From the NCBI GenBank assembly GCA_022571255.1, contig JACZYD010000004.1, positions 1 through 61,909 on the forward strand: a stretch of 61,909 nt of DNA, given 5' to 3'. The notes beneath the pieces were generated by a model that worked only from the letters and a program-made list of their open reading frames with translations, was not told the origin of the DNA and searched no databases. Of this stretch, positions 56,800-61,909 are shown piece by piece. How positions within the stretch are numbered: position 1 is the stretch's first letter; each line of letters opens with the position of its first letter. The DNA is from Bacteroidota bacterium (GTDB lineage: Bacteria; Bacteroidota; Rhodothermia; Rhodothermales; UBA10348). Made by a program: the position numbers and the translations under genes.

Positions 56800-57679
56800 A
56801 TGAACCGCGCACTTCACTGGCTTCGGGAACACAGAATCGTCGCACTGATTCTCGCATCACTGGCTTCGGGAACACAGAATCGTCGCACTGATTCTCGCTG
56901 TTGTTTACTCAAGCGCCGTAATCGGGTCCCATGACCTGGTGCAGACTCCGGCATTGGCCCTGCAGGAAATTGTAGGAATGGCCGTCTGGCACTATTCCAT
57001 ACTCGGTCTGATCGTTTCGGCGATGATCTGGCTGATCGTTTCGATCGCTGAATCGCACGGAATCCTTGACCGATTGATGGACAACAAGGCTCCCTTGAGT
57101 GTGCTCCTCGTCATCACCTGTCTGGCCTCCACCCTCTTGATGGTAAACAGTGTTGAACATATTCACCTTGTGCAATACATCATCCTCGTATTTCTACTCG
57201 TTCCGCTGCTGGAAAATTCGTTTGCAGCCATGATTGTCGCGATTCTTGTTGGAGCAGTGGATGAAGGATATCAGTTTTTCTTTCTGCACGACTGGCAAGG
57301 GTATCTCGATTTCAACGACATCGTGCTCAACAGCATCGGAGCTGCGTGGGGTGTAGCCCTGTTCGAGATCATTTACATTCGAAAAGAATATGACATTGCG
57401 CCGCTTGAGATCCAGAAACGGCTCATTCCTGTCGTCATCTGGTGTTCAATCTATGTGATTCTTGTCGTACTCTTCTTTACGGGGGTCCTCGGTATGTTTA
57501 CCGGAGACGGAATGATCGTATTAAGCAGATTTTTGGAACCGGATCCTAACGGGCCCGCCACTCGATGGATTGATACTCTCTGGGGGAATCACTGGTATCA
57601 CCTCACCACGATGGAAGGCCTTGTTCTGGTTTTTCTCTCTCCGATTACAGCGGTAAGAACGTCACGTGTTTTGGAATAG
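56800..57679 (+). pseudogene. VanZ-like membrane protein, 5' end frameshifted by a 43-nt duplication
   Basis: GAVDEGYQ..DFNDIVLN VanZ-type motif; removing one 43-nt copy joins ATG 56800 in frame to ORF 56939-57679. Confidence 0.7.
56814..56898. repeat. 43-nt direct tandem duplication
   Basis: tcactggcttcgggaacacagaatcgtcgcactgattctcgc at 56814 and 56857. Confidence 0.95.
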
Positions 57680-57722
57680 GACCTGAGTTTGAAGAATAGA
57701 TTTTAATGTATCGGGGGTTGCT

Positions 57723-58739
57723 GTGAAATTCGACGAGATGAGATTTTTCAGGATCGGACCGCATCTCCTGTTGGCAGCGGTGACTGCCGTTTTCATTCTG
57801 TTCCGGGTCTGGTCTGCTTCTTCCATCGTGTTCTCACAAACCGATCAGGTTCTTTTCCTGGGTGTCGATCCATATTTCCATGTTCGACACGCAGAGTACA
57901 GTGCAAACAATTTTCCGGATCTGCTCCGGGTGGATCCCGGGGCTCATTATCCAACTCATCATCGACAACAGGCGTCTGGCCTGTTTAATCTGCTGATCGC
58001 AGGCACCGCCATCGTTGGATCCGGTTTTTCACCCACCCGGAGTTCTGTTGAAGTGAGCGCTGCGTGGATTCCGGTTGTACTGGCCCTGCTTGCCCTCTTA
58101 ACGCTGTTCTGGCTGGGAAACTACCTCGGTGGGTATATGACCGGATTTTTCGCAGCTACCATATTCACCGTATACCCCGGTTCAACAATCTATCGAAGTT
58201 TACTTGGGTTTGCCGACCAACACGTGGCTGAGTTTTTCCTGGCCATCTTGAGTGTGGCCTGTCTCGTTAAATGCCTGTGTTCGACGTCCGATAAGAATTT
58301 CGCCCTGCGCTGGCGACCCGCTCTATTGTTGGGTGCACCTTTCGCCGCGTTCTTTTATACATGGATGGGTACACCTCTGTATATCGCGATATTTGCGACA
58401 ACCGTCTTCATCACGCTTTTACTGGCACTGGATGACGATTCCAAACTCGAAACGCTTGCCTGTGGCTTCTTTCGATATTTCTCCGGCGTCGCCATCTTGC
58501 AGCTCCTGGTTATTGCATTCTGGCCGGATTTAATCATGGAGGTGGTGCCGAATATGCGGTGGTGGAATCTGAGCGGAATGCTGGCGTTAGCCATTGTACC
58601 ATGGATCTACATTCGGACGGTGTTTGCTCTGGTTTCTCGTGGGATGAAACCATGGATGATCGCTGTATCAACCGTCCTGACAACAAGCGTGTTACTCTAT
58701 ATGTTAGAGGTGGACCCCAAACCTTGGACAATGAAGTGA
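57723..58739 (+). pseudogene. STT3/AglB-like oligosaccharyltransferase, N-terminal TM part only, interrupted by IS
   Basis: GVDPYFHVR, DP..HYP, YRSLLGFADQHVAE; many TMs; no WWDxG domain; ORF ends inside the IS terminus. Confidence 0.75.
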
Positions 58740-59741
58740 TGGAATAAGGTGGATTTTTTTGCATCTTTTAAAACCGAAACCATTCGAAAAGATGACAAAG
58801 AAACGCAGGGCGCTCAGTGCAGCCTTCAAAGCCAAGGTAGCGCTCGCCGCAGTTCGCGGGGACAAGACACTCTCTGAACTGGCGGCACAATTCGAAGTAC
58901 ACTTCGGCGATGTACCATCGCCAGTATCAGATCTCAGCCTGGAAGAAAACACTCCAAGGCAGCGCTGAAGATCTCTTTGAACAGGGGCATCGACGGAAGG
59001 ACGATCATGAGGCAGAGCTCGACGCACTGCACGCCAAGATCGGCCGACTCACGATGACGGCTGATTTTTTATCGAAGGCGCTCGGTCGCGACCAGTAACT
59101 GAGCGCAAGAAGATGATCGATCACGCGATCGAACTTTCAGTGGCCGAGCAGTGCCGGATTCTTGAGATCAGCCGCTCGAGCGCCTATTACGAGAGTACCC
59201 GTGAAGAGGACAATGATCTGGCTCTCATGCGGCAGATCGACGAGTTGTATCTGGAACGCCCCTATTACGGCTCGCGCCGAATCCGGGCAGAACTCTCCAC
59301 CGCCGAGCGGCCTCTTAATCGCAAACGGATCCAACGCCTGATGCGACTTATGGGCCTCGTGGCGATATATCCCAATAAACGGCTTTCCACGCCAGGCAAA
59401 GGACACAAGATCTATGCATATCTGCTTCGAAAACTCAAGATCGTTCGCGCGAATCAGGTATGGGCTTCGGATTTCACCTACATCCCGATGCCGCATGGAT
59501 TTATGTACCTCGTCGCGGTCATCGATTGGTACAGTCGCAAGGTGCTCTCGTGGCGTCTTTCCAATACCATGGATTCTGACTTCTGTGTCGAAGCGATTGA
59601 AGAGGCGCTCGCTCGGCACGGACGGCCCGAAATCTTCAATACCGATCAGGGCAGTCAGTTTACGTCTACCGATTTTACGGATGTGCTCAAAAAGCAGGAT
59701 ATCAAGATTTCAATGGACGGCAAGCGGCGCTGGATTGATAA
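58705..59741 (+). mobile_element. IS3-family insertion sequence, degenerate and 3'-truncated
   Basis: Left end gaggtggaccccaaaccttggaca resembles IS3-family IRL; orfA plus orfB arrangement; boundaries approximate. Confidence 0.85.
58792..59098 (+). pseudogene. IS3 transposase OrfA (HTH), internally frameshifted
   Basis: RRALSAAFKAKVALAA..ELAAQFEVH in one frame; QISAWKK..LHAKIGRLT..DFLSKALG in another. Confidence 0.85.
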
Positions 59742-59778
59742 AGCGATAGCTGCATACTACACCTCATTAAGTTGTTGA
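59113..59778 (+). pseudogene. IS3 transposase OrfB (DDE), truncated before the catalytic Glu
   Basis: YGSRR, NRKRIQRLM, WASDFTY, FNTDQGSQF, SMDGKRRWID then unrelated sequence. Confidence 0.88.
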
Positions 59779-61842
59779 AACGCGAGGCTGCGCGGGTGTC
59801 CGGCCGATGAGTCGCTTACCCTGCATTTTGCGCGGCGCATCGGGGCCGGGTGGTTCATAGAGACATTCGTTTTTCGCAGAATACGGATAAGCGATGAGCA
59901 AACCATGCCGATTCCACGCCTTCACGGTCATGTGGTGGACATTCAGACGGTCTGCCATCTCCTCTATGGTAAGCATTCCACGGGCACGAAGCCGTTCGAA
60001 GCGACTCTTCAGTTTGTACTGTCGCCTGATGTTGTGTATGATCGAACGGGACCAGGGAAGTCCGTGACCGGAGGTGAGTCCACGCGAGTTGAGGATCTCG
60101 GCGATGTCGGCCTCGAGGTGATCCTCCAGTAAACGGTCTACCTCTCGCACCACCTCGGCAGGCGTTTGATGCACCTCCCAGGTTCTGGCGGGTCGGGGTA
60201 GGTCGAGCTGCTTTACGGCACCGCCGCGCAAGCGTACCTGCAGCGTGATGTGCCCGTTCCGGACAAGGGTCACGTCTTCGATCATCAGGCGCACCATCCG
60301 TTTGCGTTCGCGATCGCTGGTCTCCGGGCGGCGCCACAGTCTGGGAAGGTCTGTTGCGAGCGCGAGAAGTTCGCTGCGAAGCGCCTCGTCCACGAGCAGA
60401 GCGTCGTTTTGCCTGTGCTGTTCATACGTACGCTGCGCCTCTTCCAACGTGCGCAGCTTTGCATTCCAGTCGGCCTCGAGCGCGTCTGCCACCAGACGAT
60501 GTGCTGGATCGACGTTCATCAACCGACGCCGGGCCAGATCGCTCTCATAGCGCGTTCGCTCGACCTCTTGGAGCCGAAGACAATCGGCCTCTTCGGAGCG
60601 AGCAAGAAGTTCATCCTGCACGGCGAGGGCAACTTCGACGCTCGTCGTGCTCATCAACGAGAGGAGCATCCGGGCGATAGCGTCGTCGATGGCAGCGCCG
60701 GGAACGATCTGGCAGAAAGGCCGACCGTGTTCTATCCCGTCGCGCATACACGTGTAGTCAGGCACCAGGCGTTTGCGCCGAGCGTGATAGCGCACGCTCA
60801 TGCGATGGCCACACCGGCCGCAGATCACGAGCCCCTGCAGAAGTGCCGGCCCCTCCCGAGGCGGACGCTTGTGTCGGTCGTAACCATACCCGTTGGCATT
60901 ATCACGCAGGCGCCGCTCGTTCGCCTCGAACTGCTCCCAGCTGATGTAGCCTTCGTGGGCGTCGGGAAGCAGCGCAAACCACTCCTCGCGCGCCAGAGAG
61001 CAGGAGGAGTAGCGGCCGTCGGGACGCCGAACTGTACGTGTACGCCCATAGAAGAAGGCACCGGCGTATCGTGGGTTGTGCAAACAGGTGAGCGCACGAG
61101 TGTGTGTCAGGTCGCTCCAGTGCAGTTCACCTTTGTGCAGACCCTTGTGAATCCGACGCGGGAACAGGAGACCCTGTCGCCGGAAGTCCTTGACGGTAGC
61201 CGTCGCCGAACCGGTACGCAGGAATGTCGCGAAAAAGCAGCGAATGCTCGTCTGCACCTGCCGGTCCGGATCGAGGATGACGTGATCCTTTTCGTCGTAG
61301 AGAAAACCGGTTGGCAACCGCATCTTCAGCGCTCCCCGGCGGGCCTTGTTCAGGGCGCCGCCACGCATGCGGGCCTTCAAAAAATGAAGCTCGGCTTCGC
61401 TCATCGTGCCTTTGAGTCCGAGTAGCAGTCGGTCATTGAAATGTGCCGGATCGTAAAGGCCATCTTCGTCAAGAATGAGCGTCGCCGTGAGGGCGCAAAT
61501 TTCCAGGAGGCGATGCCAGTCACTCGAATTGCGAGCCAGGCGCGAGACTTCGAGTCCCATCACCAGTCCTGCGTGGCCCAGGCCCACCTCGGCCACGAGT
61601 TTCTGAAACCCTTCGCGGTCCTGCGCAGAGGCGCCCGATTTACCGAGATCGCAATCGATGACATGGATGCGTTCCGTCGGCCAGCCGAGCGCAAGTGCCC
61701 TCTCGCGCAGTGCGTACTGTCGCTGGGTACTCTCGCCGTGCTCGGCCACCTGGCGTAAGGAGGACTGGCGCACATAGAGATAGGCGTCGCGGCCGAGATG
61801 CGACGCGGTGACCTTTTCTACGCTCGGATAGACTGCTTGCAT
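59767..61842 (-). CDS. Large serine recombinase (resolvase + recombinase + zinc ribbon + coiled coil)
   Basis: YLYVRQSS, DLGKSG, EVSRLARN, NDRLLLGLKGTMSEAE, LLQGLVICGRCG, downstream C..C. Confidence 0.93.
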   Translation of the reverse strand: MQAVYPSVEKVTASHLGRDAYLYVRQSSLRQVAEHGESTQRQYALRERALALGWPTERIHVIDCDLGKSGASAQDREGFQKLVAEVGLGHAGLVMGLEVSRLARNSSDWHRLLEICALTATLILDEDGLYDPAHFNDRLLLGLKGTMSEAELHFLKARMRGGALNKARRGALKMRLPTGFLYDEKDHVILDPDRQVQTSIRCFFATFLRTGSATATVKDFRRQGLLFPRRIHKGLHKGELHWSDLTHTRALTCLHNPRYAGAFFYGRTRTVRRPDGRYSSCSLAREEWFALLPDAHEGYISWEQFEANERRLRDNANGYGYDRHKRPPREGPALLQGLVICGRCGHRMSVRYHARRKRLVPDYTCMRDGIEHGRPFCQIVPGAAIDDAIARMLLSLMSTTSVEVALAVQDELLARSEEADCLRLQEVERTRYESDLARRRLMNVDPAHRLVADALEADWNAKLRTLEEAQRTYEQHRQNDALLVDEALRSELLALATDLPRLWRRPETSDRERKRMVRLMIEDVTLVRNGHITLQVRLRGGAVKQLDLPRPARTWEVHQTPAEVVREVDRLLEDHLEADIAEILNSRGLTSGHGLPWSRSIIHNIRRQYKLKSRFERLRARGMLTIEEMADRLNVHHMTVKAWNRHGLLIAYPYSAKNECLYEPPGPDAPRKMQGKRLIGRTPAQPRVSTT

Positions 61843-61909
61843 GGGCTTTCACCTCAAATGGTTGATTTGGGGATCGGGATGCCTGCCCGATCCGAGGATA
61901 AGCGAAACG

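Noticed and set aside
60250-61425. 391-aa plus-strand ORF
   Set aside because: Antisense shadow of the GC-rich serine recombinase, with no recognisable motifs.
1-61909. tRNA, rRNA or riboswitches
   Set aside because: None recognised by eye in the intergenic regions; an Infernal/Rfam scan is needed to exclude them.

Overview
Bacterial chromosomal window of mid-range GC. Gene content (GlnRS-YqeY fusion, MacB-type permease arrays, priA/coaE/yajC context) suggests Rhodothermota or a related FCB lineage; this is inference. The first ~46 kb is mostly housekeeping: priA, two GT2 glycosyltransferases with a polysaccharide deacetylase, SRP RNA (ffs), yajC, a hybrid histidine kinase, coaE, hinT, a PTPS-II/folE/SDR pterin operon, MacAB-like ABC components, glnS, a TRAP system, rarA, gltA and roxA. 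The best candidate for an undescribed system is at 47.4-56.8 kb: five tandem secreted LVIVD-type beta-propeller paralogues with conserved per-blade histidines and hypervariable loops, then an exported RskA-like/His-Met-tail protein translationally coupled to a Met-rich multicopper oxidase. The right end has a frameshifted VanZ-like gene, an AglB/STT3-like oligosaccharyltransferase cut by an IS3-family element, and a large serine recombinase element inserted into that IS. Short, unrelated tandem duplications recur at gene junctions across the window. All calls come from reading motifs by eye; no searches were run, and several start codons were adjusted from the ORF track.
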